Assembly: GCF_003334785.1 (NCBI RefSeq)
Contig: NZ_QOWV01000002.1
From: Escherichia coli
GTDB lineage: Bacteria > Pseudomonadota > Gammaproteobacteria > Enterobacterales > Enterobacteriaceae
Direction: 5' to 3' (one strand)
DNA: 64,000 nt
Below are positions 42,138 to 54,614 of this stretch, one piece after another (position 1 is the stretch's first letter; each line of letters opens with the position of its first letter). Under the pieces are notes generated by a model. That model made no database searches and was not told the origin of the DNA. It saw nothing but the letters and a program-made list of their open reading frames with translations. The position numbers and the translations under genes were made by a program.

Positions 42138-43388
42138 ATGGATGTCATGAGAAGTGTTCTGGGAATGGTGGTATTGCTGACGATTGCGTTTTTACTGTCA
42201 GTAAACAAGAAGAAGATCAGCCTGCGTACCGTTGGCGCGGCGTTAGTGTTACAGGTCGTGATTGGCGGCATTATGCTTTGGTTACCGCCAGGGCGTTGGG
42301 TCGCTGAAAAAGTCGCTTTTGGCGTGCATAAAGTGATGGCGTACAGCGACGCGGGTAGCGCATTTATCTTCGGTTCTCTGGTCGGACCGAAAATGGATAC
42401 CTTATTTGATGGTGCAGGATTTATCTTTGGTTTCAGGGTGTTACCGGCAATTATCTTCGTCACCGCGCTGGTGAGTATTCTCTACTACATCGGTGTGATG
42501 GGGATTTTAATTCGAATTCTCGGCGGTATCTTCCAGAAAGCATTAAATATCAGCAAGATCGAGTCATTCGTCGCGGTCACCACCATTTTCCTCGGGCAAA
42601 ACGAAATTCCGGCAATCGTCAAACCCTTTATCGATCGTCTGAATCGCAATGAATTATTTACAGCGATTTGTAGTGGCATGGCCTCGATTGCTGGTTCGAC
42701 AATGATTGGTTACGCCGCACTGGGCGTGCCTGTGGAATATCTGCTGGCGGCATCATTAATGGCGATCCCTGGCGGGATCTTGTTTGCCCGCCTGTTAAGC
42801 CCGGCAACGGAATCTTCGCAGGTTTCCTTTAATAACCTCTCTTTCACCGAAACACCGCCAAAAAGCATTATTGAAGCCGCTGCGACAGGGGCAATGACCG
42901 GGCTGAAAATCGCCGCAGGTGTGGCAACAGTGGTGATGGCATTTGTTGCAATAATTGCGTTGATTAACGGTATTATCGGCGGCGTTGGTGGCTGGTTTGG
43001 TTTTGAACATGCCTCGCTGGAGTCCATTTTAGGTTACCTGCTGGCTCCACTGGCGTGGGTGATGGGTGTGGACTGGAGTGATGCGAATCTTGCCGGGAGT
43101 TTGATTGGACAGAAACTGGCAATAAATGAATTTGTCGCTTATCTCAATTTCTCACCCTATCTGCAAACGGCTGGCACTCTCGATGCTAAAACTGTGGCGA
43201 TTATTTCCTTCGCGTTGTGCGGTTTCGCTAACTTTGGTTCTATCGGGGTGGTGGTGGGGGCGTTTTCTGCGGTTGCGCCACACCGTGCGCCGGAAATCGC
43301 CCAGCTTGGTTTACGGGCGCTGGCGGCGGCGACGCTTTCCAACTTGATGAGTGCGACCATTGCCGGGTTCTTTATTGGTTTAGCTTGA
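42138..43388 (+). CDS. nupX: NupC-family nucleoside permease NupX (YeiJ)
   Basis: 416 aa, paralog of PsuT. Confidence 0.92.
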   Translation: MDVMRSVLGMVVLLTIAFLLSVNKKKISLRTVGAALVLQVVIGGIMLWLPPGRWVAEKVAFGVHKVMAYSDAGSAFIFGSLVGPKMDTLFDGAGFIFGFRVLPAIIFVTALVSILYYIGVMGILIRILGGIFQKALNISKIESFVAVTTIFLGQNEIPAIVKPFIDRLNRNELFTAICSGMASIAGSTMIGYAALGVPVEYLLAASLMAIPGGILFARLLSPATESSQVSFNNLSFTETPPKSIIEAAATGAMTGLKIAAGVATVVMAFVAIIALINGIIGGVGGWFGFEHASLESILGYLLAPLAWVMGVDWSDANLAGSLIGQKLAINEFVAYLNFSPYLQTAGTLDAKTVAIISFALCGFANFGSIGVVVGAFSAVAPHRAPEIAQLGLRALAAATLSNLMSATIAGFFIGLA

Positions 43389-43395
43389 GTGTCAT

Positions 43396-43488
43396 TGCCT
43401 GATGCGCAAGCTTATCAGGCCTACATTTACTTGCTGAAATTGCCTGATTTGTAGGCCGGATAAGACGCGTTAAGCGTCGCATCCGGCA
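43396..43488. repeat. BIME: two inverted REP elements downstream of nupX and yeiI
   Basis: gcctgatgcgcaagcttatcaggcctac and gtaggccggataagacgcgttaagcgtcgcatccggca. Confidence 0.8.
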
Positions 43489-43494
43489 ACATTG

Positions 43495-44583
43495 TTACAC
43501 CATTGGCACTAATGAAAGCGCGTTATCGGCAGACAGGGTAGGGTTGTTTAAGCTGCCGCTGGCGCGCGAAATTGCCGCGCAGGCTACCGCAAAACGGGCG
43601 CTGTCGCGGAAACTGTATCCTTCAAGAAAGCTATATACCAGGCCCGCCATAAAACCATCGTCAGCACCAAAACTGTCTACTGTCGTATGCGCTGGCGCGG
43701 TCAGCAAAAATTGTTCTCCATCCTTTTCGCTGCAATAAACTGACTCATCGGGCAAATAAACAAACAGTTGCTGAACACCTTGCTGATGCAATGCATTCAC
43801 TGCGGTATTACGGTCAGCATCGCTGGTGATCGCCTGTCCCCATAAAATTTCCAGCTCCGGTAAAGTGGGTTTCAGGGTGTGAATATGCACCAGCCAGTGT
43901 TTGATTTTGCCCGCTTTGAATTCTGAAACGGTATCGACAAACACCGGGATTTCATCAGCGAGGGTAAAGACCCATTCCAGCGCCTCGGCTGTCAGGTTGC
44001 AATCAGCCAGTACCACGCCCGCATGACGAAGTAAATCGCGCGACCCGTTCAGTAGTTGCGGTGTCAACTGTTCCAGCAGATGGGTATCGTTAATCGCCAG
44101 CACGGTTTGATCGTCTCGATTGGCAATTGCCAGATACGTCGATGTGCTTTGACCATGCAAACGAACGCAGCCGGAGACATTCACGCCGGCACGGCGCGTT
44201 TCTTCCAGGAGCATTTCGCCATAAAAGTCATCGCCAATCACTGAAAGCAAATGGACGTCACGGCCTAACAGCGCCAGATTGTGGGCGATGTTGCGTCCCA
44301 CGCCGCCCGCTGAGCAATGAATTGTACCGGGATGAGAAGCCGATTGCGGGTAACGGATATCCGCCATCCCGCGAATATCCATATTGATTGTCCCCACCAC
44401 TACGCAGTATTCCTGCTCGGTGAGAATGTAACCTTTGCCTTTAATCCGGCCTTTGCGCATTAAATCCATAATATGCGCCGCAACGCGCGAACGGCTGATT
44501 TGCAGCATGTCCGCAATTTCGTTCTGCTGAATCAGCGGGTTACGCCGTAAAATTGCAAGGATCTCCTTTTCCCGGTTATTCAT
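43495..44583 (-). CDS. yeiI: HTH-domain-fused PfkB-family kinase YeiI (substrate unknown)
   Basis: 362 aa; N-terminal winged-helix-like segment (MNNREKEILAILRRNPLIQQNEIADMLQISRSRVAAHIMDL), then a PfkB kinase domain with GGVGRNIAHNLALLG, paralogous to PsuK. Confidence 0.9.
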   Translation of the reverse strand: MNNREKEILAILRRNPLIQQNEIADMLQISRSRVAAHIMDLMRKGRIKGKGYILTEQEYCVVVGTINMDIRGMADIRYPQSASHPGTIHCSAGGVGRNIAHNLALLGRDVHLLSVIGDDFYGEMLLEETRRAGVNVSGCVRLHGQSTSTYLAIANRDDQTVLAINDTHLLEQLTPQLLNGSRDLLRHAGVVLADCNLTAEALEWVFTLADEIPVFVDTVSEFKAGKIKHWLVHIHTLKPTLPELEILWGQAITSDADRNTAVNALHQQGVQQLFVYLPDESVYCSEKDGEQFLLTAPAHTTVDSFGADDGFMAGLVYSFLEGYSFRDSARFAVACAAISRASGSLNNPTLSADNALSLVPMV

Positions 44584-44585
44584 CT

Positions 44586-45443
44586 TCAGGCTACCGCTTT
44601 TTCAGTTTGTTGCGCTTTCAGCCAGGCGATCTCTTCTGCCCAGATATCCGGGTTGATGGTTTCGAGGATCAGCGGAATGCCGTCGAAACGGTCGTCCTGC
44701 ATGATCCAGCGGAACGCATCATGACCGATATTGCCTTCACCGAGGCTATGATGGCGGTCAACGCGGCTGCCAAAGGTGCTTTTCGCATCGTTAAGGTGCA
44801 TCCCGCGCAGATACTTAAAGCCGACAGTACGGGCAAAATCCGCGAATGTTTTCTCGCATTCGGCTGGAGTACGCAAATCATACCCGGCAGCGAAAGCATG
44901 GCAGGTATCAATGCAGACGCCGACGCGGGATTTATCTTCCACGCCGTCGATAATCGCCGCGAGATGTTCGAATTTAAACCCTAAGTTACTGCCCTGACCG
45001 GCGGTGTTTTCTATCACCGCTGTCACACCTTGAGTTTTATCCAGCGCAATGTTGATGGATTCGGCAATACGCGCAAGGCAATCCTCTTCTGAAATCTGCA
45101 TCAGATGGCTGCCAGGGTGGAAGTTGAGCAAAGAAAGCCCCAGCTGTTCGCAACGCTGCATTTCATCTATAAAGGCATCGCGCGATTTTTCCAGAGCTTC
45201 AGTGACCGGATGTCCGAGGTTAATCAGATAACTGTCGTGGGGAAGAATTTGCGCCGATGTGTAGTGATATTTTTCACAGGCGGCTTTGAATTCATCGATG
45301 GTTTGCGTCGTGAGCGGTGCGGCACGCCACTGACGTTGGTTTTTGGTGAACAAGGCAAACGCGGTTGCGTCGATTTCGGCGGCGCGAATTGCGGCATTTG
45401 CCAGACCGCCAGCAGCACTAACGTGCGCTCCAATGTATTTCAT
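44586..45443 (-). CDS. nfo: Endonuclease IV (AP endonuclease)
   Basis: 285 aa, [39 protein letters not shown]... Confidence 0.95.
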
Positions 45444-45516
45444 GCGAGGACTCCTGTTAAACCCGCTGGAGGAAAACGGTAATGATAGCGGGTTAACAGG
45501 AGCAAGATGTAGTGGT

Positions 45517-46566
45517 TTATGCGATGACGCTTTGAATCACATAGTTAATCGCACCACCACCAACAATCAGCCAGGCAAACAGTACCAGTGCCATCAGCAG
45601 AGGTTTCGCCCCAGCTTTTTTCAGCGCGCTGACGTGAGTGGTCAGACCCAGCGCCGCCATCGCCATTGCCAGCAGGAAGGTATCCAGCGTTACCAGCATG
45701 TTCACCACGCTCTGCGGTAACAGGTGGAACGAGTTAAAGATGGCAACTACGATGAACAAGATGGCAAACCACGGAATAGTGATTTTGCTTTTCTCGCCGC
45801 TGTTCGCCCCAGACAGCTGTTTAACACGCGCCGCCAGCAGGATGAGGAACGGAGCCAGCATCATCACGCGCAGCATTTTGGAAATAACTGCTGCGTTTTC
45901 CGCATCCGGGCTGATGGCATGACCTGCCGCCACCACCTGCGCCACTTCGTGCACAGTAGAACCAATGTAGATACCGAAAGTTTCCGGACTAAACCATTGA
46001 GACATCAGCGGATATATCGCCGGGTAGAGGAAAATCGCGACGGTCCCGAAGATAACAACGGTTGCAACAGCCACGGTTACTTTACTGGCTTCCGCTTTCA
46101 CTACCGGCTCAGTCGCCAGTACCGCGGCAGCACCACAGATACTGCTACCGGCACCGATCAACCAGCTGGTGTGCTTATCCAGACCAAACACTTTCTGCCC
46201 CAGGAAGCAAGCCAGCAGGAAGGTACTGGACAGCGTCAACACGTCAATGATGATCCCACTGATACCGACATCGGCAATTTGCGAGAACGTCAGACGGAAG
46301 CCATAAAGAATGATACCCAGACGTAATAAATATTGCTTGGCAAACAGCACACCACCGTCACAGCTTTTCCAGATGTGCGGATAGATGGTGTTGCCTAAAA
46401 CCATCCCCAACAAGATTGCGAGGGTGAGGGCACTAAACCCGGCACCCGCAACCGCGGGAATGGAACCACCCCACAGGGCGACCCCGGTGATAACTGCACT
46501 CAGGGCTAACCCCGGAATAAAATGCCACAGTGTACGATGTTGTTTCTGTAAGGTGATATTCGTCAT
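45517..46566 (-). CDS. yeiH: UPF0324 inner membrane protein YeiH
   Basis: 349-aa polytopic membrane protein; divergent from the LysR-type regulator gene yeiE. Confidence 0.9.
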
Positions 46567-46622
46567 AACCCTCTCCTTTAACCGGGCATAAGGTTACGAC
46601 TAACTGGTTTAAAAATAAAATT

Positions 46623-46644
46623 GATTATATATTTATAATTAATC
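46623..46644. promoter_or_regulatory. Candidate LysR-type (T-N11-A-like) box in the yeiH-yeiE divergent region
   Basis: GATTA-N12-TAATC inverted repeat about 20 nt upstream of the yeiE ATG; assignment to YeiE is an inference from position only. Confidence 0.3.
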
Positions 46645-46664
46645 TTTATAAGTGGTAAGCGACT

Positions 46665-47546
46665 ATGCACATCACCCTCCGGCAGTTGGAAGTTTTTGCA
46701 GAAGTATTGAAAAGTGGATCAACCACCCAGGCGTCGGTGATGCTGGCGTTGTCGCAATCAGCAGTGAGCGCAGCCTTGACCGACCTGGAAGGGCAGCTTG
46801 GCGTGCAACTGTTTGATCGCGTGGGGAAAAGACTGGTTGTTAATGAACACGGGCGGCTGCTCTATCCGCGTGCGTTGGCATTGCTTGAACAGGCGGTTGA
46901 AATCGAACAACTGTTTCGCGAAGACAACGGCGCGATTCGTATCTATGCCAGTAGTACCATCGGTAACTACATTCTGCCTGCAGTTATCGCCCGTTATCGC
47001 CATGATTATCCGCAGTTGCCGATTGAACTTAGCGTTGGGAATAGCCAGGACGTGATGCAAGCGGTGCTGGATTTCCGCGTTGATATTGGCTTTATTGAAG
47101 GACCGTGCCACAGCACTGAAATCATTTCTGAACCGTGGCTGGAAGACGAGCTGGTGGTTTTCGCCGCGCCGACTTCGCCGTTGGCCCGTGGTCCGGTCAC
47201 CTTAGAACAGCTGGCCGCTGCGCCGTGGATCCTGCGTGAACGCGGTTCCGGCACGCGGGAGATTGTCGATTATCTGTTGCTGTCACATTTACCGAAGTTT
47301 GAGATGGCGATGGAATTAGGTAACTCCGAGGCAATCAAACATGCGGTGCGTCATGGGTTGGGAATTAGTTGCCTGTCGCGACGTGTGATTGAAGATCAAT
47401 TGCAGGCAGGCACATTAAGTGAAGTTGCGGTCCCTCTGCCGCGCCTGATGCGTACGTTGTGGCGTATACATCATCGGCAAAAACACCTTTCCAACGCGCT
47501 ACGGCGCTTTCTGGACTATTGCGATCCCGCAAATGTGCCGCGTTAA
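46665..47546 (+). CDS. yeiE: LysR-family transcriptional regulator YeiE
   Basis: 293 aa, N-terminal [45 protein letters not shown]. Confidence 0.92.
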
Positions 47547-47750
47547 GTTGCTGTACAAGAACATGCTGGTGCTGTGTCGATTTCGTGACGCAGCGCCTTC
47601 AGCATGCATTCGCCAGAAAAGAGATTGGCTGCTTTACTTATAATCCCTGGGCGATCATGAAGGTGTCTTATAACCGTGAATTTCTGCCGGAAGGATTGCC
47701 AATCGTCTGCTACAATCGCGCCTCATTTTTAAGATGGATAGCATTTTTGT

Positions 47751-49220
47751 ATGGTTTCCGAAACTAAAACCACAGAAGCGCCGGGCTTACGCCGTGAATT
47801 AAAGGCGCGTCACCTGACGATGATTGCCATTGGCGGTTCCATCGGTACAGGTCTTTTTGTTGCCTCTGGCGCAACGATTTCTCAGGCAGGTCCGGGCGGG
47901 GCATTGCTCTCGTATATGCTGATTGGCCTGATGGTTTACTTCCTGATGACCAGTCTCGGTGAACTGGCTGCATATATGCCGGTTTCCGGTTCGTTTGCCA
48001 CTTACGGTCAGAACTATGTTGAAGAAGGCTTTGGCTTCGCGCTGGGCTGGAACTACTGGTACAACTGGGCGGTGACTATCGCCGTTGACCTGGTTGCAGC
48101 TCAGCTGGTCATGAGCTGGTGGTTCCCGGATACACCGGGCTGGATCTGGAGTGCGTTGTTCCTCGGCGTTATCTTCCTGCTGAACTACATCTCAGTTCGT
48201 GGCTTTGGTGAAGCGGAATACTGGTTCTCACTGATCAAAGTCACGACAGTTATTGTCTTTATCATCGTTGGCGTGCTGATGATTATCGGTATCTTCAAAG
48301 GCGCGCAGCCTGCGGGCTGGAGCAACTGGACAATCGGCGAAGCGCCGTTTGCTGGTGGTTTTGCGGCGATGATCGGCGTAGCTATGATTGTCGGCTTCTC
48401 TTTCCAGGGAACCGAGCTGATCGGTATTGCTGCAGGCGAGTCCGAAGATCCGGCGAAAAACATTCCACGCGCGGTACGTCAGGTGTTCTGGCGAATCCTG
48501 TTGTTCTATGTGTTCGCGATCCTGATTATCAGCCTGATTATTCCGTACACCGATCCGAGCCTGCTGCGTAACGATGTTAAAGACATCAGCGTTAGTCCGT
48601 TCACCCTGGTGTTCCAGCACGCGGGTCTGCTCTCTGCGGCGGCGGTGATGAACGCAGTTATTCTGACGGCGGTGCTGTCAGCGGGTAACTCCGGTATGTA
48701 TGCGTCTACTCGTATGCTGTACACCCTGGCGTGTGACGGTAAAGCGCCGCGCATTTTCGCTAAACTGTCGCGTGGTGGCGTGCCGCGTAATGCGCTGTAT
48801 GCGACGACGGTGATTGCCGGTCTGTGCTTCCTGACCTCCATGTTTGGCAACCAGACGGTATACCTGTGGCTGCTGAACACCTCCGGGATGACGGGTTTTA
48901 TCGCCTGGCTGGGGATTGCCATTAGCCACTATCGCTTCCGTCGCGGTTACGTATTGCAGGGACACGACATTAACGATCTGCCGTACCGTTCAGGTTTCTT
49001 CCCACTGGGGCCGATCTTCGCATTCATTCTGTGTCTGATTATCACTTTGGGCCAGAACTACGAAGCGTTCCTGAAAGATACTATTGACTGGGGCGGCGTA
49101 GCGGCAACGTATATTGGTATCCCGCTGTTCCTGATTATTTGGTTCGGCTACAAGCTGATTAAAGGAACTCACTTCGTACGCTACAGCGAAATGAAGTTCC
49201 CGCAGAACGATAAGAAATAA
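47751..49220 (+). CDS. lysP: Lysine-specific permease LysP (APC family)
   Basis: 489 aa, MVSETKTTEAPGLRRELKARHLTMIAIGGSIGTGLFVASG... Confidence 0.95.
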   Translation: MVSETKTTEAPGLRRELKARHLTMIAIGGSIGTGLFVASGATISQAGPGGALLSYMLIGLMVYFLMTSLGELAAYMPVSGSFATYGQNYVEEGFGFALGWNYWYNWAVTIAVDLVAAQLVMSWWFPDTPGWIWSALFLGVIFLLNYISVRGFGEAEYWFSLIKVTTVIVFIIVGVLMIIGIFKGAQPAGWSNWTIGEAPFAGGFAAMIGVAMIVGFSFQGTELIGIAAGESEDPAKNIPRAVRQVFWRILLFYVFAILIISLIIPYTDPSLLRNDVKDISVSPFTLVFQHAGLLSAAAVMNAVILTAVLSAGNSGMYASTRMLYTLACDGKAPRIFAKLSRGGVPRNALYATTVIAGLCFLTSMFGNQTVYLWLLNTSGMTGFIAWLGIAISHYRFRRGYVLQGHDINDLPYRSGFFPLGPIFAFILCLIITLGQNYEAFLKDTIDWGGVAATYIGIPLFLIIWFGYKLIKGTHFVRYSEMKFPQNDKK

Positions 49221-49240
49221 GTTTCCTCCCTTCCTTGCTA

Positions 49241-49266
49241 AGCCCTCTCAACCGAGAGGGCTTTTT
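49241..49266 (+). terminator. Intrinsic terminator downstream of lysP
   Basis: agccctctc-aacc-gagagggct followed by ttttt. Confidence 0.8.
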
Positions 49267-49317
49267 CAATTCCATTTCCCTGACAAATCATGCGGATATA
49301 AAATTTAACATTTGGAT

Positions 49318-49345
49318 TGATAATTGTTATCGTTTGCATTATCGT
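49318..49345. promoter_or_regulatory. Fur box(es) in the cirA promoter
   Basis: tgataattgttatcgtttgcattatcg, overlapping GATAAT-type hexamer repeats, about 170 nt upstream of the cirA ATG. Confidence 0.7.
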
Positions 49346-49513
49346 TACGCCGCAATCAAAAAAGGCTGACAAATCAGAGGCTGTTCCGGCTTTCTGGGAT
49401 GATCACCTGCATAAAAAATAAGTCCACCGCGATGCTGCCGTACGCAAGGGGACGTGAAGAAGATGTGAGCGATAACCCATTTTATTTTCGTAGTTACCTC
49501 ATGGAGATATGGA

Positions 49514-51505
49514 ATGTTTAGGTTGAACCCTTTCGTACGGGTCGGGCTGTGTTTGTCCGCTATTTCTTGTGCATGGCCTGTGTTAGCGGTCGATGATGAT
49601 GGCGAAACGATGGTTGTCACTGCATCTTCCGTGGAACAAAATCTTAAAGATGCACCTGCCAGTATCAGCGTCATTACCCAGGAAGACCTGCAGCGAAAAC
49701 CGGTACAGAATCTGAAGGATGTCCTCAAAGAAGTGCCTGGCGTACAACTGACGAACGAAGGGGATAACCGTAAGGGCGTTAGTATTCGTGGTCTGGACAG
49801 CAGCTATACCCTGATTCTCGTCGACGGTAAACGCGTGAACTCCCGCAATGCCGTCTTCCGCCACAATGATTTCGATCTGAACTGGATCCCGGTCGATTCC
49901 ATCGAACGTATTGAAGTGGTCCGTGGCCCGATGTCGTCGCTGTACGGTTCCGATGCGCTCGGCGGTGTAGTGAATATCATCACCAAAAAAATCGGTCAGA
50001 AATGGTCGGGTACCGTTACCGTCGATACCACCATTCAGGAACATCGCGATCGCGGTGACACCTATAACGGTCAGTTCTTTACCAGTGGACCATTAATTGA
50101 TGGTGTGCTGGGAATGAAAGCTTACGGCAGCCTGGCAAAACGTGAAAAGGATGACCCGCAAAACTCAACGACCACCGATACCGGAGAAACGCCGCGTATT
50201 GAAGGATTCTCCAGCCGCGACGGCAATGTCGAATTTGCCTGGACACCGAATCAAAATCACGATTTTACTGCCGGATACGGTTTCGACCGTCAGGATCGTG
50301 ATTCCGACTCGCTGGACAAAAACCGCCTGGAACGCCAGAACTACTCCGTCAGCCATAATGGGCGTTGGGATTACGGCACCAGCGAACTGAAATACTACGG
50401 TGAGAAAGTCGAGAACAAAAACCCTGGCAACAGCAGCCCGATAACTTCCGAAAGCAATACGGTCGACGGCAAATACACGTTGCCGCTGACGGCGATTAAT
50501 CAGTTTCTCACGGTTGGCGGTGAATGGCGTCACGACAAACTTAGCGATGCGGTGAACCTGACCGGGGGAACCAGCTCCAAAACGTCTGCCAGCCAGTACG
50601 CGCTGTTTGTGGAAGATGAATGGCGGATCTTCGAGCCGCTGGCGCTGACGACCGGCGTGCGTATGGACGATCACGAAACCTACGGTGAACACTGGAGTCC
50701 GCGTGCCTACCTGGTTTATAACGCCACCGACACCGTAACGGTGAAAGGGGGCTGGGCGACGGCATTTAAAGCACCTTCTCTGTTGCAACTTAGCCCTGAC
50801 TGGACGAGCAATTCCTGCCGTGGCGCATGTAAGATTGTGGGTAGCCCGGATCTGAAACCAGAAACCAGCGAAAGTTGGGAGCTGGGGCTTTACTACATGG
50901 GTGAAGAAGGCTGGCTGGAAGGGGTTGAATCCAGCGTTACCGTTTTCCGTAACGATGTGAAAGATCGTATCAGCATCAGCCGTACGTCTGACGTCAACGC
51001 TGCACCGGGCTACCAAAACTTTGTTGGTTTTGAGACGGGCGCTAACGGACGGCGCATACCGGTATTTAGCTACTACAACGTTAACAAAGCTCGTATTCAG
51101 GGCGTGGAAACCGAACTGAAAATTCCGTTCAACGATGAATGGAAACTGTCGATCAACTACACCTACAACGATGGTCGTGATGTCAGCAACGGCGAAAACA
51201 AACCGCTATCCGATCTGCCGTTCCATACTGCTAACGGTACGCTGGACTGGAAACCGCTGGCGCTGGAAGACTGGTCATTCTATGTTTCTGGGCACTATAC
51301 CGGGCAGAAACGCGCCGACAGCGCGACGGCTAAAACACCGGGCGGTTATACCATCTGGAATACCGGCGCGGCCTGGCAGGTGACTAAAGACGTCAAACTG
51401 CGCGCAGGCGTGCTGAACCTTGGCGACAAGGATCTCAGTCGTGACGACTACAGCTATAACGAAGACGGACGTCGTTACTTTATGGCAGTGGATTATCGCT
51501 TCTGA
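49514..51505 (+). CDS. cirA: TonB-dependent catecholate siderophore / colicin I receptor CirA
   Basis: 663 aa; signal peptide, TonB-box-like ETMVVTA, C-terminal ...YFMAVDYRF. Confidence 0.95.
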
Positions 51506-51536
51506 TGAGAAGATGCCCGGCGAACCGGGCGGACTT

Positions 51537-52406
<870 letters not shown>

Positions 52407-52630
52407 TCATCATACCGTTTATTCAATGTGCTGTGAGTAACTTTCACTTCCGTATTTGCATAACGATGTTTTAACATCTGCTGATGAAAGGCAGCGGCAA
52501 TTACAATAATTATCGCTGTGAATACTGGATTATGTGCGCCGCCTCACGCACAATAATCAGGCTGTAAATCAGCTTAATAACTTTGCCCCCACGCAGGGCG
52601 GAGGCGTCACACCTGCAGGAGAAATCATAA

Positions 52631-53299
52631 ATGCCATCACTCAGTAAAGAAGCGGCCCTGGTTCATGAAGCGTTAGTTGCGCGAGGACTGGAAACACCGC
52701 TGCGCCCGCCCGTGCATGAAATGGATAACGAAACGCGCAAAAGCCTTATTGCTGGTCATATGACCGAAATCATGCAGCTGCTGAATCTCGACCTGGCTGA
52801 TGACAGTTTGATGGAAACGCCGCATCGCATCGCTAAAATGTATGTCGATGAAATTTTCTCCGGTCTGGATTACGCCAATTTCCCGAAAATCACCCTCATT
52901 GAAAACAAAATGAAGGTCGATGAAATGGTCACCGTGCGCGATATCACTCTGACCAGCACCTGTGAACACCATTTTGTTACCATCGATGGCAAAGCGACGG
53001 TGGCCTATATCCCGAAAGATTCGGTGATCGGTCTGTCAAAAATTAACCGCATTGTGCAGTTCTTTGCCCAGCGTCCGCAGGTGCAGGAACGTCTGACGCA
53101 GCAAATTCTTATTGCGCTACAAACGCTGCTGGGCACCAATAACGTGGCTGTCTCGATCGACGCGGTGCATTACTGCGTGAAGGCGCGTGGCATCCGCGAT
53201 GCAACCAGTGCCACGACAACGACCTCTCTTGGTGGATTGTTCAAATCCAGTCAGAATACGCGCCACGAGTTTCTGCGCGCTGTGCGTCATCACAACTGA
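52631..53299 (+). CDS. folE: GTP cyclohydrolase I FolE
   Basis: 222 aa, [24 protein letters not shown]...CEHHFV... Confidence 0.95.
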
Positions 53300-53315
53300 T
53301 TAAAAGGCAGGAACC

Positions 53316-54473
53316 ATGGAGCGCAACGTCACGCTCGATTTTGTTCGCGGCGTCGCCATTCTGGGGATCCTGCTATTAAACATCAGCGCCTTTGGGCTAC
53401 CAAAGGCGGCTTATCTCAATCCCGCCTGGTACGGTGCTATTACGCCGCGGGATGCATGGACTTGGGCATTTCTTGATCTCATCGGCCAGGTGAAATTCCT
53501 CACGCTTTTTGCGCTACTGTTTGGTGCGGGCCTGCAAATGTTGCTGCCCCGTGGCAGACGCTGGATCCAGTCGCGGTTAACGCTGTTAGTCTTGTTGGGC
53601 TTTATTCACGGTTTATTGTTCTGGGACGGCGATATTTTGCTGGCTTACGGGCTGGTGGGCTTAATCTGCTGGCGGCTGGTGCGCGATGCGCCATCGGTAA
53701 AAAGCCTGTTTAATACAGGCGTCATGCTTTATCTGGTGGGGCTTGGCGTTTTGCTGTTATTGGGGCTGATTTCCGACAGCCAGACCAGCCGCGCCTGGAC
53801 GCCGGATGCATCGGCTATTTTGTATGAAAAATACTGGAAGCTTCACGGCGGCGTTGAAGCGATCAGTTATCGTGCCGATGGTGTTGGCAACAGTTTACTG
53901 GCACTGGGCGCACAGTATGGCTGGCAACTGGCAGGGATGATGCTCATTGGTGCGGCGCTGATGCGCAGCGGCTGGCTGAAAGGGCAGTTCAGCTTACGTC
54001 ACTATCGTCGTACTGGTTTTGTGCTGGTGGCGATTGGGGTGACCATTAACCTTCCTGCCATCGCCCTGCAATGGCAGCTGGACTGGGCGTATCGCTGGTG
54101 TGCCTTCTTACTTCAAATGCCGCGGGAACTGAGTGCGCCGTTTCAGGCGATTGGCTATGCGTCGCTGTTTTATGGCTTCTGGCCGCAATTGAGCCGCTTT
54201 AAGCTGGTGCTTGCGATCGCCTGCGTCGGACGGATGGCGCTGACCAACTATCTATTGCAAACGCTGATTTGTACCACGCTTTTTTACCACCTCGGTTTGT
54301 TTATGCATTTTGACCGCCTGGAGCTGCTGGCGTTTGTTATTCCGGTATGGCTGGCGAATATCCTCTTCTCTGTTATCTGGCTGCGTTACTTCCGCCAGGG
54401 GCCGGTGGAATGGCTCTGGCGTCAGTTAACTTTGCGTGCTGCCGGACCGGCAATATCTAAAACATCAAGATAA
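53316..54473 (+). CDS. yeiB: Uncharacterized inner membrane protein YeiB (DUF418)
   Basis: 385 aa, polytopic; 16 nt downstream of folE. Confidence 0.9.
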   Translation: MERNVTLDFVRGVAILGILLLNISAFGLPKAAYLNPAWYGAITPRDAWTWAFLDLIGQVKFLTLFALLFGAGLQMLLPRGRRWIQSRLTLLVLLGFIHGLLFWDGDILLAYGLVGLICWRLVRDAPSVKSLFNTGVMLYLVGLGVLLLLGLISDSQTSRAWTPDASAILYEKYWKLHGGVEAISYRADGVGNSLLALGAQYGWQLAGMMLIGAALMRSGWLKGQFSLRHYRRTGFVLVAIGVTINLPAIALQWQLDWAYRWCAFLLQMPRELSAPFQAIGYASLFYGFWPQLSRFKLVLAIACVGRMALTNYLLQTLICTTLFYHLGLFMHFDRLELLAFVIPVWLANILFSVIWLRYFRQGPVEWLWRQLTLRAAGPAISKTSR

Positions 54474-54503
54474 CGATCTGGATCACATTCGTTAACAAAA
54501 CGG

Positions 54504-54519
54504 CTGTAACCGTTTCCAT
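54504..54519. promoter_or_regulatory. GalR/GalS-type operator in the galS promoter
   Basis: cTGTAACCGTTTCCAt, matching the GTGNAANCGNTTNCAC class at every core position. Confidence 0.6.
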
Positions 54520-54522
54520 TGC

Positions 54523-54538
54523 TGTGACTCGATTCACG
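54523..54538. promoter_or_regulatory. CRP binding site in the galS promoter
   Basis: TGTGActcgatTCACg, i.e. TGTGA-N6-TCACg. Confidence 0.65.
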
Positions 54539-54614
54539 AAGTCCTGTATTCAGTGCTGACAAAATAGCCGCCAGCAAGCAGTCATTTACTGCAATCTCAT
54601 AACAGGTAGTGAAT

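Noticed and set aside
38948-43388. psuT and nupX as a recent segmental duplication or mobile-element-mediated repeat
   Set aside because: The copies share only the gene body and a short leader motif. Flanking genes differ (psuG versus rihB upstream), synonymous divergence is substantial over most of the length, and no IS or repeat boundaries flank either copy. This is an old paralogous pair, with at most a short conversion tract at the 3' end.
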